NCBI RefSeq assembly: GCF_001194135.2
Contig: NC_069005.1
Span: 23,573,150-23,637,149, forward strand
Length of the DNA stretch: 64,000 nucleotides
DNA from: Octopus bimaculoides
Taxonomy: Eukaryota
Reading direction: 5' to 3'
Of the stretch, positions 25,890-38,030 are shown piece after piece. Below the pieces are notes generated by a model. It was not told where the DNA came from. It made no database searches and saw only the letters and a list, made by a program, of their open reading frames with translations. Position 1 is the first letter of the stretch. Each line of letters begins with the position of its first letter. The position numbers and the translations under genes were made by a program.

Positions 25890-27140
25890 CAATAAACCTT
25901 CACTCACCACTGTCACACTAACCCACAAACCTTCACTCTCTACTGTCACATCAATAATTAATTATCTAGATAATACTTAGGTAAAATACATCAACTCTTA
26001 TGCTAAAAAATAATAGGGTATCTAATTCTAGTTTATTTTTTAAATTTCAAAGTACCTTCATTCACCACTGTCACACTAACCCACAAACCTTCATTCACCA
26101 CTGTCACACTAACCGACAAACCTTCACTCACCACTGTCACACTAACCGACAAACCTTCACACCACTGTCACACTAACCGACAAACCTTCACTCACCACTG
26201 TCACACTAACCCACAAACCTTCACTCACCACTGTCACACTAACCCACAAACCTTCACACCACTGTCACACTAACCCACAAACCTTCATTCACCACTGTCA
26301 CACTAACCCACAAACCTTCACTCACCACTGTCACACGAACCCACAAACCTTCANNNNNNNNNNNNNNNNNNNNNNNNNNNNNNNNNNNNNNNNNNNNNNN
26401 NNNNNNNNNNNNNNNNNNNNNNNNNNNNNNNNNNNNNNNNNNNNNNNNNNNNNNNNNNNNNNNNNNNNNNNNNNNNNNNNNNNNNNNNNNNNNNNNNNNN
26501 NNNNNNNNNNNNNNNNNNNNNNNNNNNNNNNNNNNNNNNNNNNNNNNNNNNNNNNNNNNNNNNNNNNNNNNNNNNNNNNNNNNNNNNNNNNNNNNNNNNN
26601 NNNNNNNNNNNNNNNNNNNNNNNNNNNNNNNNNNNNNNNNNNNNNNNNNNNNNNNNNNNNNNNNNNNNNNNNNNNNNNNNNNNNNNNNNNNNNNNNNNNN
26701 NNNNNNNNNNNNNNNNNNNNNNNNNNNNNNNNNNNNNNNNNNNNNNNNNNNNNNNNNNNNNNNNNNNNNNNNNNNNNNNNNNNNNNNNNNNNNNNNNNNN
26801 NNNNNNNNNNNNNNNNNNNNNNNNNNNNNNNNNNNNNNNNNNNNNNNNNNNNNNNNNNNNNNNNNNNNNNNNNNNNNNNNNNNNNNNNNNNNNNNNNNNN
26901 NNNNNNNNNNNNNNNNNNNNNNNNNNNNNNNNNNNNNNNNNNNNNNNNNNNNNCACTCGCCACTGTCACACTACAACCATTGATACATTAACCTTCATTC
27001 ACCACTGTCACATTAACCCACAATCCTTCACTAATCAGTTATACTAACCCACAAAACTTCAATCATCACTGACACAGTAACCCACAAACCTTCACTCGCC
27101 ACTGTCACACTACAACCATTGATACATTAACCTTCATTCA
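25890..27140 (+). repeat. Minisatellite, 33-35-bp unit ACCTTCACTCACCACTGTCACACTAACCCACAA, spanning a gap
   Basis: About 9 clean copies at 26054-26353, a gap at 26354-26953, and diverged copies on both sides. Confidence 0.92.
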
Positions 27141-27785
27141 CCAACACACCATACTACCATGTTCTCATTGATACACAAATCTTCATTCACCAACACACAG
27201 CAACAATCTTCGCACTTCACCTTGTTAACTCTTGTGTACCTCAGAATTTGAATTTCTACCCTCTGCTCTCTACTGTGGTCAACATCCAACAACACCCACC
27301 TTTACGTGTATAATATTAGCCTTCACTTGCTCCTAATTTTCTCTTCCCAAACATCATCCATTGCACACATTCTCCACTGATGTCATGCCAATCTTGTCTT
27401 TTTTAATAGCAACCAATCACAAAAGCTGCTCATATCAAGAAAGCATAATTTACACCTCATTCTTCTTAAACATAAGCAACAAGTAAGTAGAGCTGTTGTG
27501 ATTGTTCCAAGTGCTAGACTTGACTACCACTGAGGGTCTTTTATGAAGAAAGCACATCCTTAACAAGTGAAAGTGTGTGATCTAGTAGTAAAGGTGTTGC
27601 ACTCATAATCAAAAATATGTTGATAAACATGTTAAATTACAGACGCAGCCTACCTGGTGTTATATTGTCACTGACTAAGTATTCTACAGAAACATATATT
27701 TTTAATGCAAATATTTTAAACAAAATCAGTGAGACCACTGCAAGGGCCAAGTCCTTATTGTAGTGTGGTGGCTGGTATACCTTAA

Positions 27786-28005
27786 CCCTTTAGCATTTAA
27801 ACCAGCAATATCTGACCAAAATATTTTACCTGTTTCAGCTTCAGATCAGCCAGGGTTGGCCTCTCACACCTACCCTACAATGTCATTTTTAAAATAAACA
27901 ATCACATCACCAAAATCTCAAAGCTATGAGATAATGCATGATTGATTCAAAATGATGCGAATAAATAAGCATTACATTTGAGAAAATAATCTAAATGCTA
28001 AAGGG
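27786..28005. mobile_element. piggyBac-type MITE (TTAA TSD, CCCTTTAGCATTTA TIR)
   Basis: TTAA at 27782-85 and 28006-09; CCCTTTAGCATTTA / TAAATGCTAAAGGG termini. Confidence 0.88.
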
Positions 28006-28164
28006 TTAATGGCCCCTATGTGCCTTAATGACCCTGTTACCCTAGTGGTATAATATTGGAACAAAAGTTCCTAGTAAGGCCTCCCATGACAGAAACCACA
28101 GTAATATAGTTTATTTTTTTCCCAAAGGTAAAAAAACGGTTTCTGTAGGGTCAACATCCTTACC

Positions 28165-28440
28165 TAGAAGAAAAGCAAAGTTATAGAAGACTTCATGATG
28201 ATACAAAACCAACAAATAAAGGGAAGGCCTTTTCTGAGGAAAGCACATGACAAGAAAGAAGATACCCTAAAAATAGCTGCAGGTGAGACACTGTGGCAGA
28301 GTTGGAAAACGAGGGGTCCAACTGGAGACAAGAAGAAAAGATAGACCACAATCAAGAAAAATGGGAAAAAATTAATCACTGGCCTAGCCTCTACAAGAAA
28401 CGATGGACCCAAAGAGTAAGAAAAGAAGACAGTACATGAT
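28165..28440 (+). mobile_element. Degraded RTE-LINE 3' coding end
   Basis: Resembles the RTE C-terminal W.P.GKR.RGRPK.TWRRTVE.E..W..QNR..W segment; related to 40430-40640. Confidence 0.55.
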
Positions 28441-28460
28441 AAGGCTGGTCTTTTAAATTA

Positions 28461-29093
28461 CAGATACAGTCCAAACAATAAACATTCACCCAGTTCAATC
28501 TACTCAGTTTCAGTAACAACGCTTGGACAATTGGAAATCATGCTAGAAGACACTTCATCAAGCCACTGTCCAGATGAAATCCAGCCAATGAACATTCACC
28601 CAGTTCAATGTAGTCACGTTCTGTAATAAGGCTTGGACAACTGGAAATCATACTAGAATACTCTTGACCAAACCACTGCCCAGATATAGTCCAGCCAATA
28701 AACATTCAACTAGATCAATGTGGTCTGGTTTTGTAATAGAGCTTGGAGAACAGGAAACAATGCTAGAAGACACTTAACTAAACCACTGTCCACATACAGT
28801 CCAACCAATAAACATTCACCTAGATCAATCTACACAGTTTCAGTAACAAAGCTTAGAGTATTCGAAACCGTGCTAGAAGACACTTGACCTTATTGGCTGT
28901 CCACATACAGTCCAGCCAATAAACATTCACCCAGTTTCAGTAACAAAGCTTCGACAATTGGAAACCATGCTAGAAGACACTTGAGAAAGCCAATGTCCAG
29001 ATACAGCCCAGGTAATGCACATTCATATAGTTCAATTTACTTAGTTTCACTGATAAAGCTTGGACAATTAGAAGAAAACACTTGACCAAGCCA
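28461..29093 (+). repeat. Satellite-like array, about 6 x 110-bp units
   Basis: Unit starts at 28461, 28571, 28681, 28791, 28902 and 28998. Recurring AACATTCACC..GCTTGGACAA..TGCTAGAAGACACTT. Confidence 0.92.
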
Positions 29094-29464
29094 GTTTTTT
29101 TTTGGCATCAGACCAAAGATCTCATAATTAAAAAAAAAAACTGCTTTAATATTTCGGCCATAGCTGCAATTTAACCCACTGATAAACAAACCTTCACTCA
29201 CCATTCACCATCAACCATCACAACTGGTCACAATTCCTTCATTAGTCTGACCATGGCCAAGGAAGGCCCCCAGGATGCAAGACGAAGTAGATAAAAGACT
29301 TCACATTTGTGCTGCTGAACTTATGCTGTTTTTGTGAAGTGACCTTTGCAAAGAGTTGCTACGGAAACAGTAAAATTTCATCATTACATCAGCTGACCTT
29401 TTAAAACAGCATTGAAAATAGAAACAGATAATCTATCTACAGATGAAGGATGTTGGACCAAAAT

Positions 29465-29890
29465 TAAAATGTGGTGGTGGTGGTGGTGGTACTGGCAATG
29501 ATGATGATGATGATGGAGGAGGTGAGGTTGGTGATGGTTAACACAATGATGGTGATGATAATGATGATGATGACGAGGGGGTGGGCATGGTGATTGTGAT
29601 GATGATAATGGCACTGATAATGATGGTCATTAATTATCACCAAAAGCAGGAGCAGCAGCAGCAGCATCACTACTATTGTCCTCAGCAGCATCACTTTCAC
29701 TGTCATCATCACCACCACCACCACCACCACCACCACCATTATCATCATGACAGTTCCCATCCTTTCCACCATCACCATAACCACTACCACCACCCTCATT
29801 ATCATCACAGTACCCCACTACCACCATTATCATCCTAATCACCACCACCACCACCACCACCACCACCACCACCACCATCACCACCACTGC
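29465..29890. repeat. Mixed trinucleotide low-complexity tract (GAT/GGT then CAG/CAC/CAT)
   Basis: Accounts for the His/Val/Met-rich ORFs in the track. Confidence 0.85.
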
Positions 29891-30634
29891 TATGTTTGTA
29901 TTTCTTTCATGTCATCAATTTGACAAATGTTTCTCTAGAATGTGAAAGATCTGAGGTAACTCTTTGGTCTTTTATTTTTATCATCTCCTCTCAGAAGAAC
30001 TCTAAACATCTTTAAGATACAATCTCACTACCACCAACTCCCCCACCTACTGCTTCTCTCCTCTGCTACCTGAGCCACCGGCTCTCAACTGTGCACACAC
30101 ACACACACACACACACACATTTACATTCAACACTTACCACTTCCACATGGTAGTGTCCATGTCTGTGCAGTACCCACCACCACCTCCAACACACAGACAC
30201 ACACACACACCAAACACTGACTAATAGTTTTAGTTAAGCTACTTCACCTGGTATTCGGTGCCTTTAAACGAAACCACTTGTTTATCCTGCAAGGGAATTT
30301 CTACATGGACACTGGTCCTGCAAAAAATAGCAACTACAACTCCTTCAAACAACACCCTTCTTACTTTCTTACTTTCTTTCTACACCACCAAGTCAACAGA
30401 ACCCCTGCTGACGTCCTTAACAAGTAACAAGTGCTTGTCATGGAATTTTCAGGAAAGAATTCAAAAGTGGTTTCCAATTGCCATCCTTCGGTTATTTCTT
30501 ACAAGGTATCATCTTGCTGGTGAGACACAGATAAGTTTCTCACAACTGACAAGAAACTCAGAAATGGAAGAACCAGAACAAATATTGCAAAACATTTCGT
30601 ACAATATTGGAATTTTATTCCGTCAACCCTGAAA

Positions 30635-30870
30635 ACAGCGAGCAAGCAGAATTGTTAGCACGTCGGGCGAAATGTTTATCAGTATTTTGTCCATCTTTAC
30701 ATTCTGAGTTCAAATTCCACCAAGGTTGACTTTGCTATCCATCCTTTTGGGATCAATAAAATAAGTACCAGTTGAGCACTGAGGGGAAGGTGGGTGGGGT
30801 GCTTGATGTAATTGGCTAGTCCCTTTCCCCGAAATTTCAGGCCTTGTGCCTATAGTAGAAAGGATCATAT
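30635..30870 (+). mobile_element. SINE family B
   Basis: GCGAGCAAGCAGAATTGTTAGCACGTCGGGCG head and core. Confidence 0.85.
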
Positions 30871-31339
30871 CAACCCTGGAAGAATAAAAAGCTAAGTTAA
30901 CATGAGCAAGAGTTCAACAACATGCAACAGTCTGAAAATAATTACTTTTGATTTGGGAGCTAAGAATACTCAATGCTAGATAAAAAAAAAAAAAGGGACA
31001 GTTGTTGTAAGGGACAACTAAAAGGCATTGAGAAAGGTATGCTTTAAAATGTCCTGCCCAACCCATGCCAACATGGAGGAGCGGACACAACAATGAGGGT
31101 CATGGCTGGAATGCTTGACATGAAGGAGGGATGACTTCAGGCTAACCAACAATGATTGGTTTCTTTGACACTTTACTACACTCTCCCTTTCTCTCTCTCT
31201 CTCCCTCCCTTTCTCAAGTTATCTGTACCCACCTGCACTTTTCATTCAACTCAATCTCTCTCCCTCTTTCAGATCATCTGCGCAATGTGTGCATGTGTAT
31301 ATATAAACATGTCTATGTGTATGTACTTATATGCAGATG

Positions 31340-31952
31340 ACTGCGTTGATTATGAAACCATTGGTTTACCGTTAAGTTAAAAGTTTTTAAGAGGTTAGCT
31401 TTGAGAGTTGCATCCCCTTGCGATAGGTAAAATGTGCTTATTATAGTAGTTTGACTTCTGGAGTCCCTCTTAGCGTGAGGTGTTATTGTATAGTAATGCC
31501 CTTATATAAATTAAATATATTTATAGGGAAAAATGATGGTTTTTTTTCCCTTATGAGGTTTTTTCACGCTAACTACTTGATAAATTCTTATAAAGCCTAT
31601 TATTGAAGTATATATATATGTAAGGGATTATATATATATCGTCTGGCCGTAAAGCCTTTTCTGTTTGTTTTCCTGTCTTGCTTTTTGTTCGCCACTACAT
31701 TCCTCCATGGCTAGATTTAATTTGCATATACAAATTTAATCTGAGGTCCATGGGATGAGCCGTTTTAACGATGCGTCCTGCCCAAGCTCGTCGAAACGCC
31801 GGTGTTAAAACGTGGGTAGCTGATGAAGTAGAATGTTCTCTATGTGGCTCGTGTGTTTTCTCGTCTACGTTTGCTTGCAATGTCCTGTACCCAGATATGC
31901 ACCTATACATACAGGTGGATGTCGGTATGCACATACCTGTACGTATATATGT
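31340..31952. mobile_element. Unclassified dispersed repeat, possibly a Penelope pLTR, with a decayed hammerhead-like fold
   Basis: 8-bp stem CGTTTTAA/TTAAAACG (31761-68 / 31805-12) encloses C-GATG..GAAACGCCGGT. Adjacent hairpin AGATTTAATTTG/CAAATTTAATCT. Confidence 0.4.
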
Positions 31953-33241
31953 NNNNNNNNNNNNNNNNNNNNNNNNNNNNNNNNNNNNNNNNNNNNNNNN
32001 NNNNNNNNNNNNNNNNNNNNNNNNNNNNNNNNNNNNNNNNNNNNNNNNNNNNNNNNATATAGTTGTATCTATATCAGTGTGTGCGTGTGTGCACTTTTAG
32101 CAAAGCAAAAAATGAGCTGCATCATTAGTGTCAGGTAGCATGTATTACAGAATGGTTCATGTCCCTGTGCTTTGAATCCAAATTCCTCTGAGGTCAACTT
32201 CAACTCGTATCCTTTGAAGGAGGTCAATAAAACAGCCAGGGACCGAGGACAGTTTAATAACTCGATCTCTTCACCCAAATTCCTCTCCTCGTACTCAAGT
32301 TAGAAACTATTGATAGATATCAGAATATAGCAAACCAACAGAGACAAAATACTTCGTTGTATTCGTTCCGTCCCCCTGAATTAAAATTCAACCACTTGTC
32401 ACAAGCCTTCTTGAAGCAGGAAATGGGTCTTTCTGGGATCTGGCTAATTATGATAGGGTACCAGTGTTAGATGGATTGTGAACAAAAGGGCTCCTGTTTT
32501 TGTCACCTCAATGGTCATAGATAACAGAAAACCCGGACAGTGGAGAAAATCATGAATCTTTAGCTTTGAATGAATAAATAAACTCCACTTAGATGTATTC
32601 CATTTCTAGCTCTAAACAAGAGTATATACGTGTGTGTGTGTATATACATACATATACACAAGCATACACAACAGACTCCCTAACAACAGGAATAGCAACA
32701 AGAAATAGAAGCATCAGAACTTTAAAGAGATATGAAGGTGAAGTAGGTGAGGCATTGTGTCTGAGAGAGAGAGGGGGGGTGAGGGAGAAATATTGAGAAA
32801 GTGAGAAACATAGAGAAAGAGACAGAGAGATGGAGAGAAAGACAAACAGTGAAAGAGACAGAGAGATAGAGAGAAAGACAAATAGTAAGAGAGAGAGAGA
32901 GAAGTTATGTATGTGTGTAGCGAGCTGTGTGTATACATCAAAGAATCTATATTCTATTGATTCACAGCTGTAACTGTATATAGGTTTAGAAATAGCATGA
33001 ATGAAGACACACAGACATTGTGTTACAGTCATGAAATAAAGGACGTATATAATATGTATGCACACATGTATATCTACGTGTGTGTGTGTGTATACACATA
33101 CATACACACACATATATGCGTGTGTGTACATACACACACATTCATATACACACATATCATCATCATCATCTTAATGTCTACTTTTCCATGCTTTCAGGGA
33201 TCAGACAAGAGTATATAAGGGCAGAATTTCTTTTTTTACAG

Positions 33242-33501
33242 TTGCTTTCCTTTCTTTTGACACCAACCTCCACTTGCTTCCAAACGAGGTAATATTCTTG
33301 CAATGTATTGAAAAAAAAAACAATACAGACATAGTTACATGGAGAACTGGAAACAAATGGCACCATCTGAATGAGCCTTCCATTTACGAAGATTGCACAA
33401 CGTGTCAAGATGCCAAAAAAAGTTTGGACATGCATTCGCAGTGGATTGTTAGAAACAACACCGTCTGCACGGACAGCCTAGCCGTTGTTTACAACCAGTG
33501 A
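33242..33501 (+). CDS. Candidate terminal coding exon of unknown product (VAFLSFDTNLHLLPNEVIFLQCIEKK..VVYNQ*)
   Basis: Strong acceptor (tttctttttttacAG) followed by about 85 open codons. No recognised homology; a TE origin is equally possible. Confidence 0.2.
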
Positions 33502-33544
33502 ACATATGTAATGACAACAAGAATTAGAACTCACAAAATATGCA

Positions 33545-34468
33545 CACAGAAAACAGTTATATATACATACATGATAGAAGAACACCTTTCATCTTGAAAC
33601 CAAAGATGGTCCTTTTTCTTTTGGTGCTGACTGAAGTCCCTCAAGCTGCTTGCAGTAGATCCCCTTTGTTATTGTTTGGTTTGGGTTCAAAAGTTAAAAG
33701 TGGACTAAACCTTTAATATCCCACCAAACAGATAACAACACCTTACATGGTCGAAGACATTTAGCCTGGGGTGCCGGTGTTTCTCCTTTCCCTATCCACT
33801 GTCTTCAGCGTTTGACATTTTTATATGGAGAACCCATTTCTCATCACCAGTCACTATTTGATCCAAAAAAGGTTCATTCGTGAGACATGACTGCAAAGAA
33901 GAGCACATTCACTCTCTGCACACAATTAAACTCAGAAAGTTTGTGAGGAACCCATTGACCCAACTTGCAGACTTTTCCGATGGCATGCAGAAGTCACTGA
34001 ATGGTTGATTGACCAAATCCAAGCTTCTCTTTTAGTTCCTCAACAGTTACGGTGGGATTTTGCTCCACCAGGGTCTGCAGGACATCCTCGTCGAGCTCTA
34101 AATATCTTCCAAGATGAGGCTTGTCTTCTAGGTTGTAGTTTCTGGAATCACCGTTGACACTGGCTTACGCTCATTGTCCGATCCCCATATATTTCATTAA
34201 TATTCCTCGAAATTTCCATTACATTGTTGCCTTTATTGAACTCATAAAGCAAAATATGCTGAATATTCTCCTTTGTCACTTCCATTATAGCTTTGGAAAA
34301 AATAACTGTTAAAATCGAAATGCACTCTTCAAAACTTGCACTAAGAATAAGGACAAGGTAAAATTACTACCTACTTTTATAGCAAGTTGATGCAGGTAGT
34401 TTATCCCATCCCCCTCTGACTTTTAGTTCATGCAATTGAAAAATCGCATTATTTATGGGATGACCCTA
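33545..34468 (-). mobile_element. 3'-truncated mariner transposon with decayed transposase
   Basis: ATG at 34285: MEVTKENIQHILLYEFNKGNN. With frameshifts: DEDVLQTLVEQNPTVTVEEL..KLGQWVPHKLSE..DQIVTGDEKW..VWWDIKGLVHF. TIR-like TAGGGTCATCCCATAAATAATGCG at about 34445-34468. Confidence 0.92.
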
Positions 34469-34599
34469 CACATATATATATATTGGAAGGTTGGGCCTCC
34501 TTAAAGCCAGGAACTTTTCAGCAACCCTTCGTATATGTGTATCTGTGTTTATAAATATGTGATGGGTTTCTTTCAGTTTCCCTGTATGAAACCCACTCA

Positions 34600-35395
34600 A
34601 TAAACTACATCACCCTGCTTTGTCAGATGCCTTTCTTTCCCTGACCCGAAATCCCTTTCATTTCCCATTATCTCTACCCCTCATTCACCTACTGTCTCCA
34701 CCAATCAACTGCTTTCTGTGCTTTCTCTTTCCTGTGCTGTTCTTCAGCATTAACACCTCACTTATCTGCTATCACCCTCAATTCCCCCCTCACATATCTA
34801 CCACAACCCTCACCCCTGAGCCTCTCCTATATTTCTTTCTATCATTTGCTACAGTTACCTCTATCCTGTCCACTCACCCACTCCAAACCCCAGTATCACC
34901 TCACTTATTCTCACCACTCCCAATGTCCTACAAGGGCATGCCCCAATGCATCTTCACCAGCATCTCTCTCACCATCACTCTATCTTACTCTCTGACACAC
35001 ATTATTGCTCTTATCTGCTTCTCCTTTCTTTTCCAACTAGGGTATTATCCATCTATCTACTCTGCAAGACACCTGTCTCTGTCCTCTATAATTTTAATTT
35101 CTCATCAACTGACACAAAGTCACCCCTACCAACACTACTCCCCTCCCCCACCAGCTGAGAGGGGTTTTGTCTTGCAAGTTACTTGGTGACCTTGTTGATG
35201 ATGGTGTCATGTATAAAATACTGGCGCTGGTACCACATCAAGTGGTTGGCATTAGGAAGGGCATTCAGACATAGAAACCATACCAAAACAGGCAATGGAA
35301 CCCAGTATGGCTTCTGGCTTTACCAGCTGCTGTAAAACTGTCCAACCCATGCTAGTGTGGTAAACAGATGTTAAATACTATGATGATGATGATGA

Positions 35396-35400
<5 letters not shown>
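34600..35400 (+). mobile_element. RTE 3' UTR remnant (CT-rich segment plus conserved tail and (GAT)n)
   Basis: TGCAAGTTACTTGGTGACC..GTTGGCATTAGGAAGGGCAT..TCCAACCCATGC..(GAT)n. Confidence 0.65.
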
Positions 35401-35432
<32 letters not shown>

Positions 35433-35439
35433 TTATGAG

Positions 35440-36490
35440 CGGTAGTGGTGTCAATGAGACCCAAAGGTGTCAGGTAATGTTGAGTAAGAGCTTATGGATA
35501 GACCATAGTTAAGCTCCAGGTTTGGTGATTATGCGAATGAGAGGTCCAACATAGGTCATATATCAGCATGTGTATTATAATAAATTACTTTTTGTAATGA
35601 GATAAAAAACCAAGGCTGTGTAGATTTTAGAACATTTATAAATAGAAGGTCTTACAGCTGTTTCCTACACAGCCTTGGTTTTTTATCTCATTACAAAAAG
35701 TCATTTATATATATATATTCATATACAGATTTTTCATAATTTTGTATCAGTTTTTTTACAGTAAGATTGGAAACATAAAGTTCTTAAATTCAAAGTTTCC
35801 AGACCTTCACAGTCTTATTTTCAGAATATAAAATATATTTGGTTTCTGTATTGCTTCTTCTTATACTGCTCAACTACATGTAGATTTTGTCATCAAAGTT
35901 ATTTTTGACCATTAGGCTTCCAGTCGTTAGCAGTCGCATGTTAATTTGATTTATTGTGGTCAAATTTATGTAGGCCTTACCGTCTAAATTTTTACGATTA
36001 GCAGCCACATGTTAATTTTTCAATGTGTTGTTTGCATGTTTATTTTGATGTGTATGGCACCATGTTGCAATATGAATATGGCTTCCATGTTTAATTGTCT
36101 TTTGTATGAGGAATTTTATACACTACACAATTATTATCCCTTAGTATTTTCATATTTCACTTTGTTTTGTGGTATGTAGTACAGTATGCTGCAATTGCTC
36201 TTTGCTGTGAATTCACAGTGAGCTAACAAAAGATTTTTGCAGTCATATGGCCAATATAACAGCTGGAGTCCTGAAGTTTATAACTTTCAATTTTATAATC
36301 AAATATATAGATTATATTGGTCATTAGTAGTTTGTTTTCAGTGATGTGTTGTTGATGAGGTTGACTTTGGCTTTGGTGTATTGCAGTATATTCTTCGTTT
36401 TAGTTTATGATCAAGTATGATGCATTTCATGTTTCCTTTTATGAGGATTTTATTTTGGTTATGCATTTGTCTGTGTGATAACTGTTAAAC
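35440..36490 (-). mobile_element. Penelope-like element remnant (GIY-YIG region) with pLTR-like terminus
   Basis: Minus-strand NMKCIILDHKLK and TNIIYIFDYKIESYKLQDSSCYIGHMT (GIY-YIG-like NIIY..YIG). Hammerhead 3' half GAAACAGCTGTA at 35664-35653. Confidence 0.65.
35587..35701. repeat. Perfect 37-bp inverted repeat with a 41-nt loop
   Basis: ACTTTTTGTAATGAGATAAAAAACCAAGGCTGTGTAG (35587-35623) and its exact reverse complement at 35665-35701. Confidence 0.95.
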
Positions 36491-36514
36491 ATTTGATTCT
36501 TATAAAAATTTTAC

Positions 36515-36708
36515 GTGGCTGTGTGGTAAGAAGCCTGCTTCCCAACCATATGGTTCCAGGTTCAGTCCCACTGCATGGAACCTAGGGCAAGTGTCTTCTA
36601 CCATAGCTTGGGGATGATTAAAGCCTTGTGAGTGGATTTGGTAGACAAACTGAAAGAAGTCTGTCATATGTATGTGTGTGTTTATATACATATATATATA
36701 TATATATA
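36515..36708 (+). mobile_element. SINE A 5' half ending in (TA)n and gap
   Basis: Family head and body match. Confidence 0.88.
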
Positions 36709-37210
36709 NNNNNNNNNNNNNNNNNNNNNNNNNNNNNNNNNNNNNNNNNNNNNNNNNNNNNNNNNNNNNNNNNNNNNNNNNNNNNNNNNNNNNNNNNNNN
36801 NNNNNNNNNNNNNNNNNNNNNNNNNNNNNNNNNNNNNNNNNNNNNNNNNNNNNNNNNNNNNNNNNNNNNNNNNNNNNNNNNNNNNNNNNNNNNNNNNNNN
36901 NNNNNNNNNNNNNNNNNNNNNNNNNNNNNNNNNNNNNNNNNNNNNNNNNNNNNNNNNNNNNNNNNNNNNNNNNNNNNNNNNNNNNNNNNNNNNNNNTGTG
37001 GCTGTAAAACTTGCTCTGTGTAAGCATTCGACTTGTTTGGGCATGCTTATGTTAAAAAACAATTTTAGAATGACTTTTTTCTGTCAAAACACTAGAAATA
37101 ACTGATCAACAACAAAAAAACAACAACCTAGATTCAACCAAATCAGAAAATAAACCCAAATACTAAGCAAACAAAGATGAACCATCCCACTTCCATTGCG
37201 TGCGCACACG

Positions 37211-37251
<41 letters not shown>

Positions 37252-37640
37252 CCCCCATTTTTACATACACACATATATTCACAGAGTTGAAACGCTGTTT
37301 GATTTATTTTTTCAGCATACAATTTTCATCATCTCACTACCAAGTATGACATCACCCCTTCCTTCCTCATTCATCTATCACCCCTTCCTTTTGCATTCAT
37401 AAATACAAGAGTATTACTATAGTAGATTATCTCGGTAACCATGGGAGCTATGAAAAAAATACAAAGCCCAGCAACACCACCGGGTCATTCTACACATCTG
37501 TGTAATTTCTCACGCAATTCCACCCAGCTTTTTGAATGTGAATCCCAAGACATGAAAGAATCGCCCATGTCAAATTTATTTGTATATATTTATTTATTCA
37601 TGCCAGGAGTGCTAACGATTCTTCCAGTTCACCTTATACA

Positions 37641-37673
<33 letters not shown>

Positions 37674-37679
37674 GCATAT

Positions 37680-38030
37680 ATGATGGCTGCCCCCTCGTTA
37701 TCGAGTATGGCCATTGCACGAAGCTTAACTTAACGGTGCTGTGATCAAATGTGACTTTTTAGCCCAGCCAAAGATCTACAATGTCTTGCACAGAGTTGGC
37801 ATCCAAAACCTTTACTGGCAATAAGCTGGCTGTTGTTGTAATTGGGCTCCATGTACTTTTGCGTGTCGTTTAAGTCCTCCTGCTGAATCACACTCCCTTC
37901 CACATGCCCGACAGACAGGATTAGTATGGTGTGTAGCATCATCACCAGCGGCCTGGTAGTCAACCATCGGTCTTGCTTTATGACTACGAAGATGCCTCAT
38001 GAGTCCAGCTTTACTGAGGCACGTACATAC
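37680..38030 (-). mobile_element. RTE-like LINE 3' end encoding three C2H2-type zinc-finger motifs
   Basis: CLSKAGLMRHLRSH, CRACGRECDSAGGLKRHAKVH and CQLCARHCRSLAGLKSHI (one frameshift), followed by MAILDNEGQPS and a (ATAC)n-type tail. Confidence 0.7.

Noticed and set aside
27410-27482. 73-bp AG...GTAAGT exon-like unit on +
   Set aside because: No recognisable peptide and no phase-compatible partner exon; not supportable without RNA data.
26054-29093. Regular repeats superficially like CRISPR arrays
   Set aside because: Eukaryotic context, tandem units without unique spacers, no cas genes.
29384-29887. His-rich ORFs suggesting a histidine-rich structural protein
   Set aside because: Mixed CAC/CAT/GAT microsatellite open on both strands; lacks the regular Gly/His peptide repeats of such proteins.
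31320-31345. LYADD in a short ORF, resembling an RT catalytic motif
   Set aside because: No flanking RT motifs; adjacent to a TG/TA-rich tract.
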